A stretch of DNA of 64,000 nt from Myxococcales bacterium (GTDB taxonomy: Bacteria > Myxococcota_A > Polyangia > Polyangiales > Polyangiaceae), in the NCBI GenBank assembly GCA_043747615.1, contig JAYTOU010000049.1, positions 1-64,000 on the forward strand, in the 5' to 3' direction. Under the pieces are notes generated by a model, which had not been told where the DNA came from, did no database searches, and was given only the letters and a program-made list of their open reading frames with translations. Below, in pieces: positions 28,379-36,901 of this stretch. Position 1 is the stretch's first letter. Every line of letters begins with the position of its first letter. Position numbers and translations under genes: made by a program.

Positions 28379-29739
28379 CGACGCCCGCGACAGAGACGCG
28401 TTTGCCGGGCGACTACGGGTGGCTCCTCGTCGTGAGCTTCCTCCTCGGTCTGGTGATGCTCCTCTCGGCCGGGATCTACGATGGTCCTCTCGCAGAGCCC
28501 TCACTCGCGGTGGTGATGGTGGCCCTCGGCATCCTTGGCTGGCGCTTTTTCAAGCAGGTGTCGCAGCGCCCCTCCGCGGACGAGACGACCCGAGCCTGGG
28601 CGCCTCTTGCTCTCGCCGCGCTCGTCGCTTTCGTCGCGATGGGATTCTTCGACGTCCGACTCTTGCTCGATGCCAAGCGACCATGGCCCGTGATCCATGC
28701 GTCGCAAACTGTGTTCGTCCTTCTCCTCGCCTCGTACGTCCCGGGGATCAGCGGGCGCGTGAGCGAGACAACGCGCTGGAGGGATGCGCGCTTCCTCCTC
28801 TTCGGAGCGCTCGTGATTGCCTGCGGGTGCGAAACGATCGCGGTCTCGCCCCTACCGCACATCGACGTCTGGACGACGCACACGAACGGCGCGCGCGCAT
28901 TTCTCCACGCAGACAATCCCTACACGAGCGTGTGGACGCGCGACACCGGACCAGGGCACGATCCAATCCCCTACGTGTACTCGCCGACTACGATCTACGC
29001 GTGCAGCCTTGGGCTCCTCCTCGGAGGAGACGTGCGCTACGCGATGCTGGCGTGCCTCGTCGTCACCGGCATTGCCATCCGCTACGTGGCGCGAGGCTCG
29101 AACGAACCGAAGTCCTCTTTCGTCGAAGACGCTCCGGTGCTCTTTTTTTGGCTCAATCCAAAGCTATTTTTCGTTCTCGAGCAGTGCTGGAACGACCCTT
29201 TTCCTCTCAGTCTGATTGCCCTCGCGGTGCTCGCCCATACGCGCACGCGCCCTATTCTCACCGCTGCGCTACTCGGTCTAGCGGTCACCGCGAAGCAAAG
29301 CATGTTCTGGCTCGTCCCTCTCGGCGGTGTTCTGCTTGGGTTTCATGTGCGGCAATGGATTGCCTTCGTCGGCTTCGCGGCCGCACCGGAGCTGCCTTTT
29401 GCGATGTGGAATTTTCGCGCGCTTAAATATGCGAACTTCGATTTTCTCGTTGGTCAGCCGCCGCGACTGGATGCTCTCACCCCGATCAACTGGCTCTATC
29501 GCCACTTCGCCATTCCGCCGAGCGGCCTCCCCGGCACGCTCCTCGGCGCTTCGGTGGTCGGGGTCTCGATGCTTCGTTTAAAGCGGACGGCGCCCCTCTT
29601 CGTCCTCGCCGTGACCTTCTCGTATTTCCTGTTTTTCGTCTTCAACAAGTGGGCATTCTGCAATTACTATTTCTTCCTTGCGGGGGTCGCGTCGCTCGCT
29701 GCCGCAGCTGCGCTTTTCCATCCAACGGCAATCAAGTAG
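28375..29739 (+). CDS. Polytopic membrane protein, GT87-like glycosyltransferase
   Basis: IDVW, NPY, YVYSP, GDVRY, WNDP, AKQ, AFCNYY. Confidence 0.7.
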   Translation: MTTPATETRLPGDYGWLLVVSFLLGLVMLLSAGIYDGPLAEPSLAVVMVALGILGWRFFKQVSQRPSADETTRAWAPLALAALVAFVAMGFFDVRLLLDAKRPWPVIHASQTVFVLLLASYVPGISGRVSETTRWRDARFLLFGALVIACGCETIAVSPLPHIDVWTTHTNGARAFLHADNPYTSVWTRDTGPGHDPIPYVYSPTTIYACSLGLLLGGDVRYAMLACLVVTGIAIRYVARGSNEPKSSFVEDAPVLFFWLNPKLFFVLEQCWNDPFPLSLIALAVLAHTRTRPILTAALLGLAVTAKQSMFWLVPLGGVLLGFHVRQWIAFVGFAAAPELPFAMWNFRALKYANFDFLVGQPPRLDALTPINWLYRHFAIPPSGLPGTLLGASVVGVSMLRLKRTAPLFVLAVTFSYFLFFVFNKWAFCNYYFFLAGVASLAAAAALFHPTAIK

Positions 29740-29748
29740 GTTCGACTC

Positions 29749-30780
29749 ATGTCGCCCACGATGCTCATCGTCTTGCTGGCGAGTTTTTTCCTCGCCGTAG
29801 TGAATGGCGCGAACGACGTCTCCAAGGGCATCGCCACCCTGGTGGGGAGCGCCGTCACCGACATCCGGCGCGCCATTATGGTCGGAGCCATCTTCACGGG
29901 CTTCGGGGCGTTGGCCGGAGCAGGGTTTCTCAGCGACACGGCACGAACGTTCGGCACCGACTTACTGGTGGACGGTGTCGTTCCCACTCCGGCCGCGGCG
30001 ATTGCCGTAGTCGTCGGCGCCGGGCTGTGCGTTCTCCTCGCGACGATCCTGGCCATTCCGATTTCCACCACCCACGCTCTCGTAGGCGCGATGGGCGGAG
30101 TGGGCATGCTCGCTTTCGGAATGCACAGCGTCCGCGTCGGCGCAGTGCTCCTTAAGGTGGCGATCCCTCTCGCCCTCAGCCCGCTCCTCGCTTTCGCGAT
30201 GACGGTCGGCCTCACCCGTTTCATGCTCGCGCAGAAAGAAAGCGGCCAAGCCTCCGGGCGCGCCGACACGATCGTGGGAACGATGTCGGCGCAGATGGTC
30301 GACAAGTTCGCGAAGTCGCACTGGTTCGTCAGCTGCGGAACGAGCTTTGGCCGCGGAATGCTCGATGCTCCGAAGCTCCTCGCTCTACCGCTCGCGGCCG
30401 GCACTGTCAGCGGCAACAACGAGCTTCAGTACGCGCTCTTCCTCATCATCGCTGGCGGGATGGTGGTCGGAAGCGTCGTCGGCGGCGCACGGGTAACGAA
30501 GACAATGTCGGAGCGCATCACGCGGATAGGATCGGGCTCGGGGTTCGTGGCCGCGCTCGTCACGGCGCTCCTCGTGAACGCTGCCGCCGTGACGGAACTT
30601 CCGATCTCCACCACCCAGGTCTCGTTCACGGCGATCGTCGGGACGTCGGTGGGCGCGCACGGCGGGATGCGGCTGAACATGGCCACCGTGCGCCGCGCCG
30701 TCATCGCTTGGTTGCTCACGCTCCCCGTCGCCGCGCTCTTCGCCATCGTCGTCTACGTCATCATCTCCAAGCTAATCTGA
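29749..30780 (+). CDS. PiT-family inorganic phosphate/sulfate transporter
   Basis: NGANDVS and two PISTT(H/Q) signatures. Confidence 0.9.
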   Translation: MSPTMLIVLLASFFLAVVNGANDVSKGIATLVGSAVTDIRRAIMVGAIFTGFGALAGAGFLSDTARTFGTDLLVDGVVPTPAAAIAVVVGAGLCVLLATILAIPISTTHALVGAMGGVGMLAFGMHSVRVGAVLLKVAIPLALSPLLAFAMTVGLTRFMLAQKESGQASGRADTIVGTMSAQMVDKFAKSHWFVSCGTSFGRGMLDAPKLLALPLAAGTVSGNNELQYALFLIIAGGMVVGSVVGGARVTKTMSERITRIGSGSGFVAALVTALLVNAAAVTELPISTTQVSFTAIVGTSVGAHGGMRLNMATVRRAVIAWLLTLPVAALFAIVVYVIISKLI

Positions 30781-30788
30781 GCGCTCGA

Positions 30789-30956
30789 GGCTCCTTCCAA
30801 GGTCGACTCTCTACGATCAAGTCGCCAGGTTCGGGAAGGTTGTAGTTCGTCTCGCCTGGTAGTTATCGATTGGGCGCCCGCTGTTAAACACGGCGAAGCG
30901 CTTACATCTCTGCAAGCGCTCTGCCTTCTACCTTGTCTTCTTCCGACCGGAAGGCC
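30789..30956. ncRNA. Candidate structured non-coding RNA (6S-like rod or multibranch fold); strand unresolved
   Basis: End-to-end pairing CCTTCC/GGAAGG and GGTCG/CGACC; inner GGAAGG/CCTTCT, AGGT/ACCT, TCGCC/GGCGA; hairpin AGCGCTT..AAGCGCT. Confidence 0.45.
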
Positions 30957-33900
30957 TTACGGATTCAGCGTGACCGTCTGCACGCCCCAGTAGCCGCTGG
31001 AGAGAAACAGCTTGTCGTCCTGGCGGGCGAGCGAGGACGTCGACCAGCCGCGTGTGCGGACGAACTGATCGAAGACCGGAGGCGCATTGTCGCTCAGCTT
31101 GAAGATGTCGACGCCCGCGTTTCCCCAGCCGGAGGTGACGATGGCCCGGTCGCCTTCGACGCCGAGGAGCCAGCCCCAGCCTTTTTGCTGAGCGGAAGCG
31201 CGGTCCACGGGATGGCTCGGGTCGCTGAGATCGAGCTGGTGAAGCGTAACGCGGGGGCCGTCGGTCGGAGTGTTGTACGTGTAACGCTCCGAGGACATGT
31301 AGGCAGTGTTGCCTCGCACGAAGACGTTGCCGACGTAGCCGTCGAGCTCGGTCGTGCTCTGGAGATAGGCGAGGCCGCCATCGATCTTGACGACGGAGAT
31401 CTCGTCCTTCGCCGTGGTGCCGTTCCAGCGATAGTCGACGGTGTAGAGGAGCGACGGATCGGTCTCCGACGCGCCGACGAGAAGGCCGGGAACGTTGATC
31501 TTCGAGCCGACGCGGGGGTGAGCGCGGTCTGAGAGATCGATCTGGTCGAGGTAATATTTCACCACGCCGTTACCGGTGAGAGGCTGCTCGATCCACTCGT
31601 AGTGCGTGGTGTAGAGCTTGTCGCCGACGGCCCTCATGTTGCCCCACCACGCGTTCTCGTCCTCGGTGATGAGCGTGGAGGCGAGCGCGGGAGAATCGGG
31701 GTTCTTGAGGTCGACGACGTAGAGGCTCTGATCGGCGCGCCACTTGCCGTTCTCGGTGTAGACGGGTGACCAGCGACGGAAGGCGAGCACGTCGCCGTTC
31801 ACTTGGATCGCGTCGGACCCGTCGTACCAATCGTACCAGTAGTACCCGCCCCATCCCCAGCCGAAGCCACCCCAGTATCCGCCATAGTAGTCCGGCGAGA
31901 TGGGCAGGGTGATCTTGCCGCGCGGGGTCGCCTGGCCGTTCGCGAGATCGACGACTTGAATCTGGGGTGCGGGGGCGAAGCAGTCGGCGGGGCCACTGGG
32001 GCTGCCTGGGTCGCGCGAGGGGCCGGCGCCGTTGTACGTCTGGCAAGGCACTTTGGTGCGGACGTTGGTGACGACGTACGCGAGGTCGCCGTTGCGGAAC
32101 GCGCGGGCATTCACGCCATCGATTTTCAGAGTGACTGCCGCGGTGTCCTGGGTCTCGTCGGCATTGGCGATCGGCAGGACGCGCATCTCCGAGCTCGTGG
32201 AATCATTCTCCCACCAGTCGCTCGAGAGCTCCGAGATCGTTCCGCCTTGCGGGCGGGCGCTGACGACGTTGCGGGCCAGGGTGAGCTCGTTCACGACGCG
32301 CGGGTTGTTGCGGTCCGAGTAGTCGACGACCGAGAGCTCGAGATCGCTGAGCGACAGGACGCGCCCCTTTGCTAGAATGCCACGCTCGACCCAGCCGTGC
32401 GTCTTCGCCGCGCCGGCGGTGCGGATGGTGGTGGGAGTGAACTCGATCAGCTGAACGCCGTTGTTGTACGCCCCCGAATTCTGGCTCCATCCGCTGAAGG
32501 GGAGAACGACCAGCCCCTGCGCGTCGTCTTTGATGAACGCCTTGAAGGTGCCTTGCGCGGGAGTCCACGCCCAGCCGTCGCCGAACTTCGAGGTGCCCAG
32601 GACCGCGGGGTGCGCCGCATCGGTTACGTCGATGTAACGAAGCGACACCTGGCCACCCTGGTTGCTGCTCTCATTGCCCAACGCAAAGAGCTTGTTTCCC
32701 GCGGGAATGAAGTTCCAGACGCTCCCCGTGATGGAGGTCGAGCCTGCGAGCTTCGGAGACGCGGGATTCGCGAGATCGAAGATCTGGATCGGTGTCGAGT
32801 TGCCGCTGCTGCCGCTGTAGTAGTAGCCGTCACTGGGCGACAGATACATGCGCGTGCCGTCGAAGCGAGCTGCGACGCTCCAGTCCGTGCCAGCGATGCT
32901 CAGACTGGAAGCGACGGTCGGCGCGTCGGGGTTCGAAAAATCCACGGTGGAGAGCGCGTAGCCGTTTTGATTGCCGCAGTACTGCCCGTTGCAGCCGAGG
33001 ACGTGGGCGAATTTTTCGTCAGCGAAATCGAGATTCCAGCGTCCGTTGTCGGTGCCCCACGCTTGCAAGCTGCCGTTCACGGTGGCCCTGCCGCGGAGCG
33101 CGATCGTGCCGCCCGGATCGGTGATGTCGATGTACTGCAGCTCGCTCTTGCCGCTCGAACCGCTGTAAGGCTGCGACGGATCCGAGGGGATCTCGTGAGC
33201 CAGCATGATGGCGTTCGGCGTGACGTTGAAGACCGCGCTGTAGCCGGTAAACTCCTTGGTGCCCTTCGCCAGGATCGCGCCGCCGGCGAAGCTCACCGAG
33301 GAGACGACCACCTTCGGACCCCGATTTGCGCTGCCGCCAACGGGGCTCGTGCCGCCGCCCGAAACGACCACTCCGTCACCACCACTTGCACCACCGCCAG
33401 CGAAGCCCAGCCCACCGCCGTATCCGTAGTCCCAGATTCCGTAGTACCAGCCGTAGTCTTCGCTGACGGCGTAGAGGACGTCGCCAACGACGCGGGTGTC
33501 GCGGATCCATCCGCCGAGCTTCGCTTCGCCTGTCGTTCGGATGTTCGAGGGGTCGCTCGCGTCGATGCCGCGGACAATCGAGCCGTGGAACGGACTGCCG
33601 TCTTCCAAGCGCCCGTACCAATCGGCCACGACGACGGTCGCGACTCCGTTGCGCACGATCATCTCGACCGGGCTTCCGAAGATCGGCGCGCGGCCGAGGA
33701 GCTTCGGCTGGTCGATGTTGGTCACGTCGAAGACCATGAGCCCGCGGTACGAGTTCAAGTAGTAGAGGCGGTTGCCTTCGAGACGGTAGAGATCCGTCTC
33801 CTCGACTTTGCGCTGGGCCGGGAGCGGTGCCGAGGCTTTTGGTGCTGCTGCACCTGCGTTTTGCGCGTCGCCGCCGAACGAGCTCGCGCTTCCACCGTGA

Positions 33901-34070
33901 CCACCGGCGCGACTTCCGCCGGGAGGCGCCGACTGGAAAGCCGTCTGCCCTTTCACGCGCGCATCGGGGTTGTTGTTGCTTCCGCCGCTGCATGCCGGGA
34001 AGAGCACGGAGCTTGCGACGAGCGCGGTGAGGGTGGCGAGAGAGGCTGAGAAGGTTCGGCGGGAAGCCAT
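30957..34070 (-). CDS. Beta-propeller domain secreted lipoprotein (Beta_propel-like)
   Basis: SRRTF..lipobox FPAC; VEETDLY; repeated FDVT/IDLS..P; Gly/Trp/Tyr-rich inserts; AAGGAG RBS. Confidence 0.85.
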   Translation of the reverse strand: MASRRTFSASLATLTALVASSVLFPACSGGSNNNPDARVKGQTAFQSAPPGGSRAGGHGGSASSFGGDAQNAGAAAPKASAPLPAQRKVEETDLYRLEGNRLYYLNSYRGLMVFDVTNIDQPKLLGRAPIFGSPVEMIVRNGVATVVVADWYGRLEDGSPFHGSIVRGIDASDPSNIRTTGEAKLGGWIRDTRVVGDVLYAVSEDYGWYYGIWDYGYGGGLGFAGGGASGGDGVVVSGGGTSPVGGSANRGPKVVVSSVSFAGGAILAKGTKEFTGYSAVFNVTPNAIMLAHEIPSDPSQPYSGSSGKSELQYIDITDPGGTIALRGRATVNGSLQAWGTDNGRWNLDFADEKFAHVLGCNGQYCGNQNGYALSTVDFSNPDAPTVASSLSIAGTDWSVAARFDGTRMYLSPSDGYYYSGSSGNSTPIQIFDLANPASPKLAGSTSITGSVWNFIPAGNKLFALGNESSNQGGQVSLRYIDVTDAAHPAVLGTSKFGDGWAWTPAQGTFKAFIKDDAQGLVVLPFSGWSQNSGAYNNGVQLIEFTPTTIRTAGAAKTHGWVERGILAKGRVLSLSDLELSVVDYSDRNNPRVVNELTLARNVVSARPQGGTISELSSDWWENDSTSSEMRVLPIANADETQDTAAVTLKIDGVNARAFRNGDLAYVVTNVRTKVPCQTYNGAGPSRDPGSPSGPADCFAPAPQIQVVDLANGQATPRGKITLPISPDYYGGYWGGFGWGWGGYYWYDWYDGSDAIQVNGDVLAFRRWSPVYTENGKWRADQSLYVVDLKNPDSPALASTLITEDENAWWGNMRAVGDKLYTTHYEWIEQPLTGNGVVKYYLDQIDLSDRAHPRVGSKINVPGLLVGASETDPSLLYTVDYRWNGTTAKDEISVVKIDGGLAYLQSTTELDGYVGNVFVRGNTAYMSSERYTYNTPTDGPRVTLHQLDLSDPSHPVDRASAQQKGWGWLLGVEGDRAIVTSGWGNAGVDIFKLSDNAPPVFDQFVRTRGWSTSSLARQDDKLFLSSGYWGVQTVTLNP

Positions 34071-34119
34071 GGGATCTCCTTCGGCGGGTGTGCCAGCGGC
34101 GTTAGGTAGGAGTCCTCTA

Positions 34120-34135
34120 AGCAGGAGCCGAGCCA
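34120..34135 (-). promoter_or_regulatory. Putative sigma54 promoter
   Basis: TGGCTCG-GCTC-CTGCT with GG-N10-GC spacing; palindrome TGTGCC-AAAC-GGCACA upstream at 34187-34202. Confidence 0.6.
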
Positions 34136-34180
34136 AGAAGGCAGTCCCCGATTTGCCTATATTTTCTGGCCGTCTTCGAC

Positions 34181-35335
34181 CTACGGTGTGCCAAACGGCA
34201 CAATCCCGACCTGCGCTGCCACGGCCTTGGGGCGCATGACGAACAGCGCCATTCCCAAGGGAAACGCGGCAAGGAAAGTGACGGCGATGAGTGGCTGACC
34301 AAGAACGAAGGAGAGAGCGAGCGTCGCGACGAGGAGCGCAAGACGAACCGCGAGGTAGCGCGCGAGGCGTGGACCGCGAAGTGCGCCCAACGCAAGGTCG
34401 GTCGGCAGAAGAACGAGGAGGACGAGGTTGCGCGCGACCCAGGGATACACGCACGCGACGGCCATGACCTCGACCAAGAGCGCGAGCAGTCCCAGAAGCA
34501 CGCCGATCAGCGCGAGAGCGATGCGCGCTTTCTTTCCCACAGACCGGGAGGTCGCAAACACCAGCCCCCCGAGCGCGAGACCGACGAGAACGATGAACGC
34601 CCTCCCCGCGACGGTACTCGTCTTGAGAACGAAGCCACCCGGCGCGTGAACGACTTCGGGCTTCACGCCGAAGCGTCGCTCGACAGAATCACGCAGGCGA
34701 AGAGGCTGGAACATCATCTCGTAGCCGGTGGGCCGCGTTTCTCCGCGCCAGCCCACGAAGAGCGCCACGCCAGCGAGCTCGAGCACCCTGCCGGTGAAGC
34801 CCTCCTCGAGGAGCTCGCGAAAATTCGGAGTGGACGGATCCGGCTGGGGGACCTCGCGAAGCTTGCCGCCGGTAGCTTCGTCGAGAAGATCGCGAAGCTT
34901 CGTGGTGCAGTTCGCGTACGCCGGCTCGTAGCTGTAGGGCGTTTTCCCCACGGCGGCGCGATCAAGCGAGGCGGCAAGAGCATCGGCCTCTCGGGGCGCA
35001 AGCGGGAGGCGCTGCTTCCAGATGTTTCGTTCCTGAGCCTTGAAGGCGGCGACCAAAATCGGAAGGTCGACGCTTATCGGAATGAAACGCGAGCGCCCGC
35101 GGAGGGTGCCCCAGACCAAGTCGGTGGCGTCGTTCGTATCGGCGATCCCGAAGTCGAAACAGATGCCGTTCGGGCGGGTGGCGTCGGTCACGCAGAGGGC
35201 CGCGTGTCCGAAGTGCGAGAACGTGTCGCTTCCCGGGCCCACGGTGTAGAGGTCCACGAGTTCCTCGGCCGACGCCGAGCGCGTGAGTAGGAGTGCGAGC
35301 ACACCAAGCAAGATTGCAAAAAATCGTGTGTGCAT
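34181..35335 (-). CDS. DUF4105/Lnb-like protein (putative lipoprotein N-acyltransferase family)
   Basis: LYTVGPG...FSHFGHAAL, FDFG, Y...YANCTTK; C-terminal TM bundle. Confidence 0.8.
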   Translation of the reverse strand: MHTRFFAILLGVLALLLTRSASAEELVDLYTVGPGSDTFSHFGHAALCVTDATRPNGICFDFGIADTNDATDLVWGTLRGRSRFIPISVDLPILVAAFKAQERNIWKQRLPLAPREADALAASLDRAAVGKTPYSYEPAYANCTTKLRDLLDEATGGKLREVPQPDPSTPNFRELLEEGFTGRVLELAGVALFVGWRGETRPTGYEMMFQPLRLRDSVERRFGVKPEVVHAPGGFVLKTSTVAGRAFIVLVGLALGGLVFATSRSVGKKARIALALIGVLLGLLALLVEVMAVACVYPWVARNLVLLVLLPTDLALGALRGPRLARYLAVRLALLVATLALSFVLGQPLIAVTFLAAFPLGMALFVMRPKAVAAQVGIVPFGTP

Positions 35336-35422
35336 CCCCCGGGGCTCCTCGCGCGCCGGTCTAGCTCAAGTCACGCCTGCTCGATAGGCCGAAGGTCGCC
35401 GAGGCGGTATGATCGAACGCGG

Positions 35423-36901
35423 ATGGAAATCTTTCCGGGGGCGGTGATCGCCGAGCGCTACATGGCCAACCGGAAGGTTGGAATGGGAGCCTTCGGGGAA
35501 GTGTGGGAGGCGACGCATCTCGCGATCGGCGTTAAGGTCGCGATCAAGACCCTCCTGCCGGCCGCGAAGAGCGACGCCGACGCCATCACCCGACTTCGTC
35601 GCGAGGCCTATTTTCTCGCACGGATCCAGAGCGATCGGGTCGCGCGCGTCCTCGACTTCATCAGCGACGACACCTTTGGCCTGGTCCTGGTGATCGAGTT
35701 TGTCGAGGGAGAGCTGCTCTTCGATGTGCTCAAAACACGGAAGCAAATTTCGGTCGAAGAAGCACTCGAGATTGGCGAGGACATTCTCACCGGTCTTTGC
35801 GACTTCCACGCCGCCGAGGTCATTCACCGGGATCTCAAGCCCGGCAACATCATCATGCGACCGCTCCTCGACGGCCACTTCCGCGCGATGATCTTCGACT
35901 TCAGCCTCAGTCGTCAGATGGCGAAGAAAGACGCCACCGAGGACTCGATCACCAACCTCACGAAATCAAACGTCGCGGTGGGCACGCTCGAGTACATGGC
36001 GCCGGAGCAGGTCCTCAACTCTCGTCAGGTCACGGAGCGATCCGATCTCTATTCGGTGGGCGCCATCCTCTACCGCGCCGTGGCTGGGAAGCACCCTTTT
36101 CCTGGGACGAACGTCGAGCTCGCACAGACGAAGTTGATGACGGAGGCCCCCGCGATTCGGACGGGGCGCGACGATCGCGTGGCGATGGACTTCGAGTCGC
36201 TGGTCATGAGAGCCCTTCGTCGAAAGCCGTCGCAGCGTTTCTCGTCGGCGCTCGAAATGCGCGGCGAGCTGCGCCTTATCCTCAGCCTGATGCGCGCCAA
36301 GGCGGCCCTCCTGCTGGATGACGAAGTGACGCGGATCGCGCCGAACCCCACGTTCGCCCTTGTCGCCGCAGAGAAGCGCGCAGCGGCGGACGACTACGAG
36401 GTGGAGACGGTGGTGGAGACGCATCCGCACGGGGCCGCGCACGTTGCCGCGCCGAGTGAGACGCAGCCCCTTCCGACGATTCCGGCGAGCTCTCTTCCGG
36501 CCGCGGCTCACGCCGCTTCCGAACCGCCGGCTCCACCGGAGCGCGCCCCGGTGAGGACCACGAGCCGGCTACTCGTCGCTGCATCGATCATCGGCACGTT
36601 CGCGGGGGGCCTCACGCTCGGAGGCTTTCTCAGCGAAACCCACCGGCGCGAGTCGCTCGCCAGCACAAACCCGCCCCCCGTCATCTTCGTCGACGCCTCG
36701 GTGGCGCTCGTGACGGCCATCTCGGAGCCCTCCACGCTGACTGACGCCGGAGACGCGGCGCGCATCGTCGACGCGAACGTCCCGGATCGCGTGAGCCCCA
36801 AGGCCATCGTCCGCGTCGTGGTGCGGCCGCCCGTCGAGTCCGAAAGCTCGACCAGGCCTACGCGCGTGTCTGCCGACGACGCAGACGCTCCCGTACCGTG
36901 A
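35423..36901 (+). CDS. Hanks-type Ser/Thr protein kinase with TM segment
   Basis: GMGAFG, VAIK, HRDLKPGN, DFS (in place of DFG), YMAPEQ, SDLYSVG. Confidence 0.92.
   Translation: MEIFPGAVIAERYMANRKVGMGAFGEVWEATHLAIGVKVAIKTLLPAAKSDADAITRLRREAYFLARIQSDRVARVLDFISDDTFGLVLVIEFVEGELLFDVLKTRKQISVEEALEIGEDILTGLCDFHAAEVIHRDLKPGNIIMRPLLDGHFRAMIFDFSLSRQMAKKDATEDSITNLTKSNVAVGTLEYMAPEQVLNSRQVTERSDLYSVGAILYRAVAGKHPFPGTNVELAQTKLMTEAPAIRTGRDDRVAMDFESLVMRALRRKPSQRFSSALEMRGELRLILSLMRAKAALLLDDEVTRIAPNPTFALVAAEKRAAADDYEVETVVETHPHGAAHVAAPSETQPLPTIPASSLPAAAHAASEPPAPPERAPVRTTSRLLVAASIIGTFAGGLTLGGFLSETHRRESLASTNPPPVIFVDASVALVTAISEPSTLTDAGDAARIVDANVPDRVSPKAIVRVVVRPPVESESSTRPTRVSADDADAPVP

Noticed and set aside
30789..30956. 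Retron msr/msd, SRP RNA, tmRNA or hammerhead identity for the structured element
   Set aside because: No reverse transcriptase nearby and no long msd hairpin; no SRP GGAAGCAG motif, tRNA-like ends or CUGANGA core
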